Shown: in pieces, positions 8,328 to 17,571 of the stretch
How the letters are laid out: each line of letters starts with the position of its first letter
Position numbering within the stretch: position 1 is the stretch's first letter
Assembly (NCBI GenBank): GCA_044448685.1
Contig: JBIOHC010000002.1
Coordinates: 14,623-78,622 of the forward strand
Source of the DNA: Bacteroidia bacterium
GTDB lineage: Bacteria; Bacteroidota; Bacteroidia; Palsa-965
Direction of reading: 5' to 3'
DNA: 64,000 nt
Program-made: the position numbers and the translations under genes
Notes under the pieces: model-generated
Seen by the model: only the letters and a program-made list of their open reading frames with translations
Database searches by the model: none
What the model was told of the DNA's origin: nothing

Positions 8328-10966
8328 TTACTTAATCCAGCCAACTGATCCTGTAAAGACCTGATTTTCGCCTCCGCATCAGACTTCTTCTTATGCTCTA
8401 TAGCCAGAATTTCGGGTTTGGCGTTTTGAACGAAACGTTCATTAGCCAGTTTTTTCTGTACGGAATCGAGGAATCCTTTGTTGTATTCCAGCTCTTTTGC
8501 AATTCGTTCTTTTTCGGCCCCCAAATCCATTTGTGCTGAAAAGGGAACATAAAACTCATATTCGTTGATCAGGAAGGAAGTTGCATTTTCCATTTTCTGA
8601 GCCGTGACAGAAAACTTGCCCAGGTTACAAAGCTTGATGATTAGCTCGTCAAACTGTCCGCTGGCATAAGCCTTATCTCCTTTAATAAAAAGATCCAGAG
8701 GCTCTTTGGGTGATATGTTTTTTGCCTTGCGTACATTCCTTACCTGGGTAATGGTTTCCGATACGACGGCAAAACGGCTCAGGAGTTCCTGATCAGGCGT
8801 TTCACAAACCGGCCATTCGGAAACAATAATGAATTCTTTTTCTTTCCGCTCTTTTAAGAGATGCCAGATCTCTTCCGTAATAAACGGCATGAAAGGATGT
8901 ATGATTTTCAGGATTTTTTCCAGAAACACGATTGTTGCATCGAAGGTTGTTTTATCTATAGGCAACCCTTTTCCATCCACAAATTCAGGTTTGATCATTT
9001 CCAGATACCAGGCACAGAAATCATCCCAGATCAGTTTATAAGTACACATGAGGGCTTCGCTGATCCTGTATTTGGAATAGAGCTCGTTGATCTCTGTAAG
9101 CTGCTGATCAAGGCGGGCTTTGAACCATTTTACGGAAACAGCGCCGGGCTTGCTTTGTGCTTTTTTCGGGTCCACTTCCCAGCCTTGGATGAGGCGGAAA
9201 GCATTCCATATTTTATTGGAGAAATTCCGGCCCTGCTCGCAATAGCTTTCATCAAACAGCAAGTCATTGCCGGCGGGAGAGCAGAGCAACATACCTACGC
9301 GGACTCCGTCGGCTCCATATTTTTCAATGAGTGCCAGCGGGTCGGGAGAGTTACCGAGCGACTTGCTCATTTTTCTTCCCTGTTTATCTCTTACGATACC
9401 GGTGAGGTATACATTGGTAAACGGTTTTTTACCTCTGTATTCAAAACCGGCAATCATCATACGGGCTACCCAGAAGAACAGAATTTCAGGGGCTGTAACC
9501 AGGTCATTGGTTGGGTAATAATATTCAATGTCTTTATTCTTCGGGTTTTTAAATCCGTCAAATACACTGATAGGCCATAACCACGAACTGAACCAGGTAT
9601 CGAGTACGTCTTCATCCTGGCGAAGCTGAAGGGAGCTTTCTGACTTACCATCCCTGGCTTCAAAAAGTTTTTTTGCTTCCCCTTCTGTTTTTGCAACCAC
9701 AAAATCGCCCTTGGAATTATACCAGGCCGGAATACGCTGTCCCCACCAGAGCTGACGGGAAATACACCAGTCGTGTACATTCTCCATCCAATGTTTGTAA
9801 GTATTGATATATTTTTCAGGTATCAGCTTCACTTCCCCATTCAGGACGTTGTCAAGTGCAGGTTTTGAAATGCGGTCCATTTTCAGGAACCACTGCATGG
9901 ACAGGCGGGGTTCTATCACTGCATTGGTTCGTTCTGAATAGCCAACCTTGTTCTTGATTTCCTCGACTTTAACAAGATGACCTTGTTCTTCCAGGTCCCT
10001 GGCAATTTTTTTGCGGACTGTAAAGCGGTCTTCCCCTATATAATGTCCGGCAGCCGGACTCATTTTCCCATCCGGGGCAATGGTATCTATTATTTCAAGC
10101 TGGTGTTTGATACCCAGGTTATAGTCGTTGATATCATGTGCGGGTGTAACTTTAAGAGCACCGGTACCGAAGGCGATATCGATATAGGTATCGTAAATAA
10201 CAGGTACTGAACGGTTAACAATAGGGATGATACAGCGCTTTCCTTTGAGGTGGGCATAGCGGGAATCGTCCGGGTGAACACAAACAGCAGTATCACCGAG
10301 GATTGTTTCGGGCCTCGTAGTAGCAATAGTAATCCATTCGTTTTCAACCCCTTCTACCTTGTAGCGCACATAAAAAAGCTTGGAATTCACTTCTTTATGA
10401 ATTACCTCTTCGTCCGAAACAGCGGTCAGACCCTGTGGATCCCAGTTAACCATGCGGGTACCCCGGTAAATTTCCCCTTTATTATATAAGTCAATAAATA
10501 CATCTATAACGGCCTCACTAAGATCTTCTTCCATGGTAAAACGGGTGCGATCCCAGTCGCACGATGCCCCCAGTTTTTCCAGCTGGCTGAGTATAATACC
10601 TCCATATTTTTCTTTCCATTCCCAGGCATATTTCAGGAATTCATCCCGGGTGAGATCCGATTTTTTAATTCCTTTTTCCTGAAGCATAGCAACAACCTTG
10701 GCTTCGGTGGCAATGGAAGCATGGTCCGTACCCGGAACCCAGCAGGCATTCTTACCCAAGAGCCTGGCCCTGCGAATAAGTACATCCTGAATCGTATTAT
10801 TCAGCATATGACCCATATGCAGTATTCCGGTCACATTGGGGGGTGGTATGACTATTGTATAGGGTTCACGGTGATCGGGTACTGACTTGAAGAACTGATG
10901 TTTAAGCCATTCCGGATACCACTTGTTTTCGGCGGCTGAGGGCTCGTATGTTTTAGGTATTTCCAT
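8324..10966 (-). CDS. valS: Valine--tRNA ligase
   Basis: The 880-aa product is a class I aminoacyl-tRNA synthetase with the HIGH-type motif 'HMGHMLNNTIQD' and KMSKS 'KMSKSLGN'. A C-terminal coiled coil typical of ValRS is present. Confidence 0.95.
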   Translation of the reverse strand: MEIPKTYEPSAAENKWYPEWLKHQFFKSVPDHREPYTIVIPPPNVTGILHMGHMLNNTIQDVLIRRARLLGKNACWVPGTDHASIATEAKVVAMLQEKGIKKSDLTRDEFLKYAWEWKEKYGGIILSQLEKLGASCDWDRTRFTMEEDLSEAVIDVFIDLYNKGEIYRGTRMVNWDPQGLTAVSDEEVIHKEVNSKLFYVRYKVEGVENEWITIATTRPETILGDTAVCVHPDDSRYAHLKGKRCIIPIVNRSVPVIYDTYIDIAFGTGALKVTPAHDINDYNLGIKHQLEIIDTIAPDGKMSPAAGHYIGEDRFTVRKKIARDLEEQGHLVKVEEIKNKVGYSERTNAVIEPRLSMQWFLKMDRISKPALDNVLNGEVKLIPEKYINTYKHWMENVHDWCISRQLWWGQRIPAWYNSKGDFVVAKTEGEAKKLFEARDGKSESSLQLRQDEDVLDTWFSSWLWPISVFDGFKNPKNKDIEYYYPTNDLVTAPEILFFWVARMMIAGFEYRGKKPFTNVYLTGIVRDKQGRKMSKSLGNSPDPLALIEKYGADGVRVGMLLCSPAGNDLLFDESYCEQGRNFSNKIWNAFRLIQGWEVDPKKAQSKPGAVSVKWFKARLDQQLTEINELYSKYRISEALMCTYKLIWDDFCAWYLEMIKPEFVDGKGLPIDKTTFDATIVFLEKILKIIHPFMPFITEEIWHLLKERKEKEFIIVSEWPVCETPDQELLSRFAVVSETITQVRNVRKAKNISPKEPLDLFIKGDKAYASGQFDELIIKLCNLGKFSVTAQKMENATSFLINEYEFYVPFSAQMDLGAEKERIAKELEYNKGFLDSVQKKLANERFVQNAKPEILAIEHKKKSDAEAKIRSLQDQLAGLSK

Positions 10967-11129
10967 TTTTTTTTGCTTACTTCGTTGCTTGTTCCTGCAC
11001 GGGAGGCAAATTTATCAAAAATACCCTCCCGCTCATGAGAATGGCACGATTTTCGCTACCTGATGAACATGAACTTTTAATGAAAAAGAATCATTCTAAC
11101 ACAAACCTAATATCCAAACACGAATCCAC

Positions 11130-11624
11130 ATGAAAAAGATCTTTGTACCGATGGCCATTCTGCTGTTCACCTCTGTTACCGGAATTAATGCACAAGGGCC
11201 AGCTACTACAGCGCCTGCTGCTGCTGTTACTCCGGCTCCGGTTAACCCGAACGGGCCAGCCTTCAAATTTGAAGAGGAGGAATTCAACTTTGGCAAAATC
11301 ACCCAGGGAGAATCTGTTTCCCATGATTTTAAATTCAAGAATACAGGAAAGGAACCCCTTGTTATTGCTGATGCCACTGCAACCTGCGGCTGTACTAAAC
11401 CCAGCTTCGCTAAAGATCCTATCAAACCATCCGGATCAGGAGTGATTTCAGTAACATTCAACTCTACCGGCAAAATGGGAGCTATGGACAAGCCTATTAC
11501 CATAACATCCAATGCCAAAGACGGTGTTAAGATTGTGCACCTTAAAGGAGAAGTTATGCCTAAGCCCGCTGAAGGCCCAGCTGATCCTTCCAAAGCAACT
11601 CCAACACCTGTATCGCCTAAATAA
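11130..11624 (+). CDS. DUF1573 domain protein, paralog 1 of 4 (secreted)
   Basis: A signal peptide and an Ala/Pro-rich linker precede a DUF1573-like core 'FNFGKITQGESVSHDFKFKNTGKEPLVIADATATCGCTKPSFAKDPIKPSGSGVISVTF'. Confidence 0.75.
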   Translation: MKKIFVPMAILLFTSVTGINAQGPATTAPAAAVTPAPVNPNGPAFKFEEEEFNFGKITQGESVSHDFKFKNTGKEPLVIADATATCGCTKPSFAKDPIKPSGSGVISVTFNSTGKMGAMDKPITITSNAKDGVKIVHLKGEVMPKPAEGPADPSKATPTPVSPK

Positions 11625-11645
11625 TTAACCTTTTTTTCGATACTT

Positions 11646-12140
11646 ATGCCAATGAAAAAAGCAATTTTTACCTTAGGACTGGCCCTGTTTACCCTGGTGT
11701 ATACTCAGGCCCAAACAGCGGCAACATTAGCCACTCCCGGAAGTCCTGCACCTGCTGCCCCAACCAGTACTGCCGAAATCAAATTTGACAAACTTGATTT
11801 TGACTACGGCACTTTGAAACAAGGTGGAGATCCGAACGGGGAGTTTTCTTTCAAGAATGTCGGAAAGGAACCCCTTATCATTTCCAATTGCCAGGGATCC
11901 TGCGGATGTACTGTTCCAAGCTGGCCTAAAGAACCGATCAAACCAGGTGCTTCCGGTGTTATCAAAGTTCATTACGATACAAAAAGGGTGGGCCCGATTA
12001 ACAAAACTGTGACAGTGACTTCCAATTCACAGTCAGGTCCTGTTACACTCCATATCAAAGGGATGATTGAAGCCGCCCCTGCTGAAGAAACTTTTCAGCA
12101 ATACAAACCCGGCGGAGCCCCTGTTGAGAAAACCAATTAG
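11646..12140 (+). CDS. DUF1573 domain protein, paralog 2 of 4 (secreted)
   Basis: The core 'FDYGTLKQGGDPNGEFSFKNVGKEPLIISNCQGSCGCTVPSWPKEPIKPGASGVIKVHYDT' matches paralog 1, and a signal peptide is present. Confidence 0.75.
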   Translation: MPMKKAIFTLGLALFTLVYTQAQTAATLATPGSPAPAAPTSTAEIKFDKLDFDYGTLKQGGDPNGEFSFKNVGKEPLIISNCQGSCGCTVPSWPKEPIKPGASGVIKVHYDTKRVGPINKTVTVTSNSQSGPVTLHIKGMIEAAPAEETFQQYKPGGAPVEKTN

Positions 12141-12235
12141 GGATTAATGATTTAAGATTTATGATTTAAGATTTGTAGTTGAATTCTGCAATTTCTTAAA
12201 TCATAAATCGAAAATCTTAAATCTTAAATCAATCC
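12141..12235. repeat. AT-rich imperfect palindrome of about 95 bp built from tandem GATTTAW heptamer units, between DUF1573 paralogs 2 and 3
   Basis: The left arm 'gattaatgatttaagatttatgatttaagatttg' is related to the reverse complement of the right arm 'cttaaatcataaatcgaaaatcttaaatcttaaatcaatc'. The central spacer contains GAATTC. Confidence 0.7.
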
Positions 12236-12243
12236 TTTTCCTG

Positions 12244-12669
12244 ATGAAACATCTGCTATTTCTTGCTGTATGCCTTTTGTTCCTGTCAGCTCCTCTGAAA
12301 GCCCAGGAAAGCGTCATAGAAAGCATTGACCCCAATGCACCTGTAATGAGTTTTGAAAAAGAAACGATAGACTTTGGGACCATCAACCAGGGTGCTGACG
12401 GAGTCCGGACATTCAAATTCAAGAATACCGGTCATGCCCCATTAATTATCACAGAAGTAAAAGGAGAATGCGGCTGTACGACCCTTCCCGACGGATGGCC
12501 TAAGGAGCCAATCAAACCGGGAGCAAGCGGGATTATCAAAGTGAAATATGATACCCAGCGTACCGGAGCGTTCGACAAGAAAGTCACTATCACGTCAAAT
12601 GCCAAAATTTCAAGCAAGCAGGTTTCAATAAAAGGTGTTGTAAAAGCCGGTTCCGGCACTCCCAAATAA
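12244..12669 (+). CDS. DUF1573 domain protein, paralog 3 of 4 (secreted)
   Basis: The core 'IDFGTINQGADGVRTFKFKNTGHAPLIITEVKGECGCTTLPDGWPKEPIKPGASGIIKVKYDT' matches the other paralogs, and a signal peptide is present. Confidence 0.75.
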   Translation: MKHLLFLAVCLLFLSAPLKAQESVIESIDPNAPVMSFEKETIDFGTINQGADGVRTFKFKNTGHAPLIITEVKGECGCTTLPDGWPKEPIKPGASGIIKVKYDTQRTGAFDKKVTITSNAKISSKQVSIKGVVKAGSGTPK

Positions 12670-12685
12670 TGCTCCTTTCAGGAAC

Positions 12686-13075
12686 ATGATAATACGCATT
12701 GGTACTATCTTTCTAAGCCTTTGTTTCATCCTGTGTTGTTCCTTCCAGAAAGAGAATCAGGATCTCCATTTCAAAACCCGGCACCATCATTTTGGTTTTA
12801 TACACCAGGGCAAGATTCTGGAATATGATTATATGTTCACTAACCTGGGCAGTAAACCTCTACAAATTCTGGGCACAGAAGCCGAATGTATCTGTACAAA
12901 AGCTGAATTCCCATCTAAACCTGTTAATCCCGGCGAAAGCGGGATAATACACCTCCGTTTCGACTCAGGAAAAGCTATGGGACGACAGGAAAGGACTATC
13001 CAGGTGTTTACAAACCTGGGATCAGCCCCGGTACGACTGGTTTTTAAATGTATTGTTCTGAAAAAAAAGGAATAA
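12686..13075 (+). CDS. Divergent DUF1573-like protein, paralog 4 of 4 (degenerate, CICT instead of CGCT)
   Basis: The core 'FGFIHQGKILEYDYMFTNLGSKPLQILGTEAECICTKAEFPSKPVNPGESGIIHLRFDS' shows the same spacing of conserved residues but a diverged Cys motif and N-terminus. Confidence 0.55.
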   Translation: MIIRIGTIFLSLCFILCCSFQKENQDLHFKTRHHHFGFIHQGKILEYDYMFTNLGSKPLQILGTEAECICTKAEFPSKPVNPGESGIIHLRFDSGKAMGRQERTIQVFTNLGSAPVRLVFKCIVLKKKE

Positions 13076-13134
13076 TGCCACTGGTTTCCTGATTTTTTTG
13101 AATCTTTGACCCTTCAAACCTTAATGCCTATACA

Positions 13135-14352
13135 ATGCCCAAAGTATCCAGAAAAGCAGGTTTAATGCCTGCCTCCCCTATCCGAAAGTTAGTGCCTTAT
13201 GCAGATGCAGCCAAGAAAAAGGGGGTAAAGATTTATCATCTGAATATCGGACAACCTGATATAGAAACTCCGGATACAATGCTGGATGCTATACATAATT
13301 CAAAAATCAAGGTGCTGGAATATTCCCACTCTGCCGGCTTTGAATCTTACCGTACAAAACTCGCCGAATATTATAAAAGCTTCGATATTCAGGTTGAAGC
13401 TTCCGATATCATTATCACTACCGGAGGGTCTGAAGCAATAAGCATTGCCATGATGAGCTGCTTCAACCCGGGTGATGAACTAATTATACCCGAGCCTTTT
13501 TATGCCAACTACAATGGTTTCGGATGCGCTGCTGAGGTTGTCATCAAACCTGTTCGATCCTACATTGAAACAGGTTTTGCCCTGCCTCCCATCAGCGAAT
13601 TTGAAAAACACATAGGTCCGAAAACGAAAGGAATCATGATTTGCAATCCGGGAAATCCAACCGGCTATCTATACTCCCGTGAAGAACTCGAATCATTGAA
13701 AGCATTGGTGAAGAAACATGACTTGTTCCTGCTTTCGGATGAAGTATACCGTGAATTCTGTTATGACGGAAAAAAATATGTTTCTGTCATGCATCTTGAC
13801 GGGCTGGATGAAAATGTCATCCTGCTCGATTCCATTTCCAAACGTTACAGTGCCTGCGGAGCCCGTATAGGAGCCCTCATTTCAAAAAACAAGGAGGTGA
13901 TGGCTTCAGCGCTGAAATTTGCACAGGCAAGGTTAAGTCCGCCAACCTTCGGACAAATAGGAGGAGAAGCTGCACTTCAGACACCTGCTTCCTATTTTGA
14001 AAAAGTAAGTAAAGAATACGTGGCCCGGAGAAATTTTGTGGTGGAAACATTGAACAATATGGAAGGGGTATTCTGTCCTAAACCAAGCGGTGCTTTTTAT
14101 TGTATAGCCCACCTGCCTATTGACAATGCCGATATTTTCTGCCAATGGCTGCTCGAAAAATTTTCCCTACAGGGCGAAACAGTAATGCTTGCTCCCGCTA
14201 CAGGCTTTTATTCCACTCCCGGAGCAGGTACAGACGAAGTCAGGATTGCCTATGTCTTAAATCTTCAGGATCTGGAACGTGCCATGCATTGCCTGGATGA
14301 GGCCCTGAAAGTGTATCCCGGACGTAAGATGAAACTTCAGGAGGCCCGCTAA
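13135..14352 (+). CDS. Pyridoxal-phosphate-dependent class I/II aminotransferase (AspAT/AlaAT-like)
   Basis: The 405-aa product has the class-I aminotransferase layout: 'NIGQPD' near the N-terminus, 'SISKRYSACGARIG' containing the PLP lysine region, and 'NPGNPTG'. Confidence 0.8.
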   Translation: MPKVSRKAGLMPASPIRKLVPYADAAKKKGVKIYHLNIGQPDIETPDTMLDAIHNSKIKVLEYSHSAGFESYRTKLAEYYKSFDIQVEASDIIITTGGSEAISIAMMSCFNPGDELIIPEPFYANYNGFGCAAEVVIKPVRSYIETGFALPPISEFEKHIGPKTKGIMICNPGNPTGYLYSREELESLKALVKKHDLFLLSDEVYREFCYDGKKYVSVMHLDGLDENVILLDSISKRYSACGARIGALISKNKEVMASALKFAQARLSPPTFGQIGGEAALQTPASYFEKVSKEYVARRNFVVETLNNMEGVFCPKPSGAFYCIAHLPIDNADIFCQWLLEKFSLQGETVMLAPATGFYSTPGAGTDEVRIAYVLNLQDLERAMHCLDEALKVYPGRKMKLQEAR

Positions 14353-14353
14353 A

Positions 14354-14812
14354 TCAGACAATACGGGTGTGTACAATATACGAAGCTGCTGAGATCAGCA
14401 GAAAGAGAGCGATATAGAGGGATGCAAAACCTGTATAATAATTTCTTTCAACCTTGACAACTTTCCAGCCAATGACGGCAGCTACAAGGGCAAAAAAATC
14501 CTGTATCAGCATCAGGGCCAGAAAATCAGCGGTCATAGCCAGGCTTTCCATATTCCTTCTTGCTTTTTCTTCAGGCAGGGTCATGGCCTTCCCTTCTGAC
14601 AATATTCCGGAACTTACCTCCTTGCCATTCTTTCCGATTGAGACATCCGGTTTAAGACCGGCAATGGTTACAATCATATAGGCTCCGAAACTGAGAAAGA
14701 GAACAAGAAAGACAATACCCGGAAAGACTCCGAATGTACGCGGGCCTCTGATAAAATATACCAGGAGTCCATTGACAATTAATAAAATAATACCGATTAC
14801 AGCTAAGAACAT
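14354..14812 (-). CDS. Hypothetical integral membrane protein (about 4 TM helices)
   Basis: The sequence is hydrophobic throughout, its stop is convergent with and adjacent to the aminotransferase stop, and I recognise no motif. Confidence 0.35.
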   Translation of the reverse strand: MFLAVIGIILLIVNGLLVYFIRGPRTFGVFPGIVFLVLFLSFGAYMIVTIAGLKPDVSIGKNGKEVSSGILSEGKAMTLPEEKARRNMESLAMTADFLALMLIQDFFALVAAVIGWKVVKVERNYYTGFASLYIALFLLISAASYIVHTRIV

Positions 14813-14915
14813 AAATCACATTCAAATTAATGCTAAGTCCAGATCATGTCGATTTTGCTGAAAACAAAAATAAAAAAATTATTATATTGAATTTTGGTAT
14901 TATATCCCGTGTTGC

Positions 14916-16187
14916 TCATTCGGGAAAGTCAGTATAAAGCAAATACTTCTTCCGTATAAGCCTGAATTTTTTCAATCCATCTTCCCATCCTGCCCTGATC
15001 TCTTCTTCTGATTTCCCCAATTTCACAGCCTCCTCCAGGGAATTTGTCCCGCACAGAGCTGTAAAGTACGAATTGAAAAATTTAGCTTTGTCAGGGTAAT
15101 TTTTGTAACACAGTGCCAGCCAATCCAGTTTTAGTTTCTTATAATCAAAAATTCCCTCTCTCCCATATTCTCCGAAATCATATCCTACACATTTTTTTCC
15201 ATTATACAGAGGGTTGGTAGCCCCTGGTTTACTGTGCGGGGTGAAGCTGGTTGTTCCTCCCTTTAATTTTGGATGACCAATAACTTCAAACGGATGATCT
15301 GTTCCCCTCCCTACACTGATTACTGTCCCTTCAAACAGACATAAGGAAGGATATAGATATACCGCCGGCATAGAACCCAGATTAGGCGAAGGGGGAACAG
15401 GAAGCTGATACAAATCCGAATGCGAATATCCTTGCAGTTTCACAATTGTCAGGTCACATTTAAGTCCCGCACCCAGCCAGCCTTCTTCATTTACCATCTG
15501 TGCATATTCGCCAATGGTCATGCCATAGACAATTGGTACAGGATGAAGGCCGACAAAAGAACGGTATTTGTCCTCCATAACGGGACCGTCTATGTAAAAT
15601 CCGTTAGGGTTGGGGCGGTCAAGCAAGAGCAAAGGTTTGTGATTTTCTGCACAAGCCTTCATCACATAATGCAGGGTACTCAGATATGTATAAAAACGGG
15701 CTCCTACATCCTGCAGATCAAACAGCACTATGTCTGCTCCTTCCAAATCTGCAGCTGAAGGTTGTTTATGATTCCCATATAAAGAAATGATAGTCAGACC
15801 GGTTTTTTTGTCCCTGGAATTATTCACATCCTGGCCTGCATCCTCCTTCCCCCGGAATCCATGTTCGGGGGAGAATAAAATACGAACCTTGATGCCCAGG
15901 TAAATCAGACTGTCGAGCAGGTGCTGTTTACCGATCCGTGATGTATGGTTACCTACAAAGGCCACCTGCTTGCCCTTTAACAAAGGCAGATATTGATCAA
16001 GCCGGCTTGCACCGGTCTTGATATCCGCATCCGTTTTGGACGCATGTGTCCATGCAAGGATACCTCCTGGTTGGGCATCCGAAATGCAAGAGTTCATACA
16101 TGCCAACAGGACCGCCGAAATCAGAAGTCTGATACCGCTGATAAAGCGCCCTTTTTTCAAGTTCTCTGGCTTATTCGTTGGGATCAT
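14916..16187 (-). CDS. DUF1343 family lipoprotein (NamZ-like exo-beta-N-acetylmuramidase family)
   Basis: A lipoprotein signal with lipobox 'LLAC' is followed by conserved DUF1343 blocks 'QVAFVGNHTS', 'VLFDLQDVGARFYTY' and 'LLLLDRPNPNG...GLHPVPIVYGMTIGE'. Confidence 0.7.
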   Translation of the reverse strand: MIPTNKPENLKKGRFISGIRLLISAVLLACMNSCISDAQPGGILAWTHASKTDADIKTGASRLDQYLPLLKGKQVAFVGNHTSRIGKQHLLDSLIYLGIKVRILFSPEHGFRGKEDAGQDVNNSRDKKTGLTIISLYGNHKQPSAADLEGADIVLFDLQDVGARFYTYLSTLHYVMKACAENHKPLLLLDRPNPNGFYIDGPVMEDKYRSFVGLHPVPIVYGMTIGEYAQMVNEEGWLGAGLKCDLTIVKLQGYSHSDLYQLPVPPSPNLGSMPAVYLYPSLCLFEGTVISVGRGTDHPFEVIGHPKLKGGTTSFTPHSKPGATNPLYNGKKCVGYDFGEYGREGIFDYKKLKLDWLALCYKNYPDKAKFFNSYFTALCGTNSLEEAVKLGKSEEEIRAGWEDGLKKFRLIRKKYLLYTDFPE

Positions 16188-16248
16188 CCGGAAAATGTAC
16201 TTTTGTCATATGCAATTTTACAGTTTTTAATTCAATAACCATTCCGAT

Positions 16249-17520
16249 TTGAATACCAGCCTATTTATTGCCAAACGTATCATTTTCAACGGTGCTCAAA
16301 AAAGCCGTATTTCCAGGCCTATTGTGAAAATCGCCGTGTGGGGCATAGCCCTCGGTATGGCTGTGATGATAGCTACACTGGCTGTTGTAAACGGGTTTCA
16401 GAAAGAAATACGCGATAAGGTAGTCGGATTCGGGTCACATATTCAGATCACGAACTACGATACCAACAACTCCCTTGAACCATCCCCTTTCCGTAAGGAC
16501 CCTGTCCTGCTTAAGCTCCTTTCCCAATTACCCGGTGTAGGACATATTCAAGGCTATGCCCTTAAAGCCGGGATTATTCATGGCCAGGATGAAATGCTGG
16601 GTGTTGTACTTAAAGGCGTGGGGACTGACTTTAACTGGGATTTTTTTAAACGCAACATTAAACAAGGGGATGCCTTAACTCTGAGTGATACCGGTTTGTC
16701 GAATAAAATACTCATCTCCAGTTTTATGGCTGCAAAGCTCAAACTGAAAGTTGGAGATAAAACCAGGATGTATTTCATACAGGATAAACAACAACGTCAG
16801 AGAGCTTTCCGTATAGCAGGTATTTATGAAACAGGACTGGAGGGGTTTGACAATTTTATGGTTTTCGCCGATATTGCCCATGTACGTAAACTGAATAACT
16901 GGGACACCACTTCCCTGGCCGGATTTGAAGTGCTGCTGAAAGATTTCAGAACAATGGATAATGTAAGTGAGGTGATGAATGATCTGCTTGTAAGGGAGCA
17001 TACTGCTTCTTTTCCCAATGGCGATTCTCTTGAAGTCCCAAGCCTGCAGGCTAAAACAATACGGGAGCTTAATCCTCAGATTTTCAACTGGCTTGATTTT
17101 ACCGATAAAAATGCGGCTATTATCATATCCCTTATGCTGTTTGTTGCCGTTATCAATATGACTTCAGCCTTGCTTATCCTGATTTTGGAGCGAACACATC
17201 TTATCGGCATTCTCAAAGCTCTGGGTGCAGCTGATGCGCAGGTGAGAAGGATTTTTCTGTTCCATTCCGTATGGCTGATAGGCCAGGGGCTGCTGATAGG
17301 CAATATCATCGGCATAGGACTCAGTCTTTTTCAGCAGCATACCCATCTGCTCAAACTGGATCAGGACAGCTATTATGTGGCATTTGTTCCTGTCAATCTC
17401 GATCTGGCTTCCCTCCTCAGCCTTAATGCACTCACCATTGCCATCTGCCTTCTTGTATTGCTTATTCCGGCCCTGATCATCAGCCGCATAACTCCTTTAA
17501 AAGCGATACGTTTCAGCTGA
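16249..17520 (+). CDS. LolC/LolE-like lipoprotein-releasing ABC transporter permease (FtsX/MacB-type fold)
   Basis: An N-terminal TM segment is followed by a large periplasmic domain and a C-terminal FtsX-like 4-TM bundle 'ISLMLFVAVINMTSALLILILERTHLIGILKALGA'. Confidence 0.75.
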   Translation: MNTSLFIAKRIIFNGAQKSRISRPIVKIAVWGIALGMAVMIATLAVVNGFQKEIRDKVVGFGSHIQITNYDTNNSLEPSPFRKDPVLLKLLSQLPGVGHIQGYALKAGIIHGQDEMLGVVLKGVGTDFNWDFFKRNIKQGDALTLSDTGLSNKILISSFMAAKLKLKVGDKTRMYFIQDKQQRQRAFRIAGIYETGLEGFDNFMVFADIAHVRKLNNWDTTSLAGFEVLLKDFRTMDNVSEVMNDLLVREHTASFPNGDSLEVPSLQAKTIRELNPQIFNWLDFTDKNAAIIISLMLFVAVINMTSALLILILERTHLIGILKALGAADAQVRRIFLFHSVWLIGQGLLIGNIIGIGLSLFQQHTHLLKLDQDSYYVAFVPVNLDLASLLSLNALTIAICLLVLLIPALIISRITPLKAIRFS

Positions 17521-17571
17521 ATCTGGAATCGATCTCTTTTCTATCTTTATCCCCTGTTTAGATAACACCCT

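Noticed and set aside
8861-9580. A 239-aa plus-strand ORF inside valS
   Set aside because: It is antisense to valS and has no recognisable domain.
11096-11593. A 165-aa minus-strand ORF overlapping DUF1573 paralog 1
   Set aside because: It is a shadow ORF created by the Ala/Pro/Gly-rich region (GC-rich codons) of the sense gene. It has no independent motif and lies antisense to a well-supported gene.
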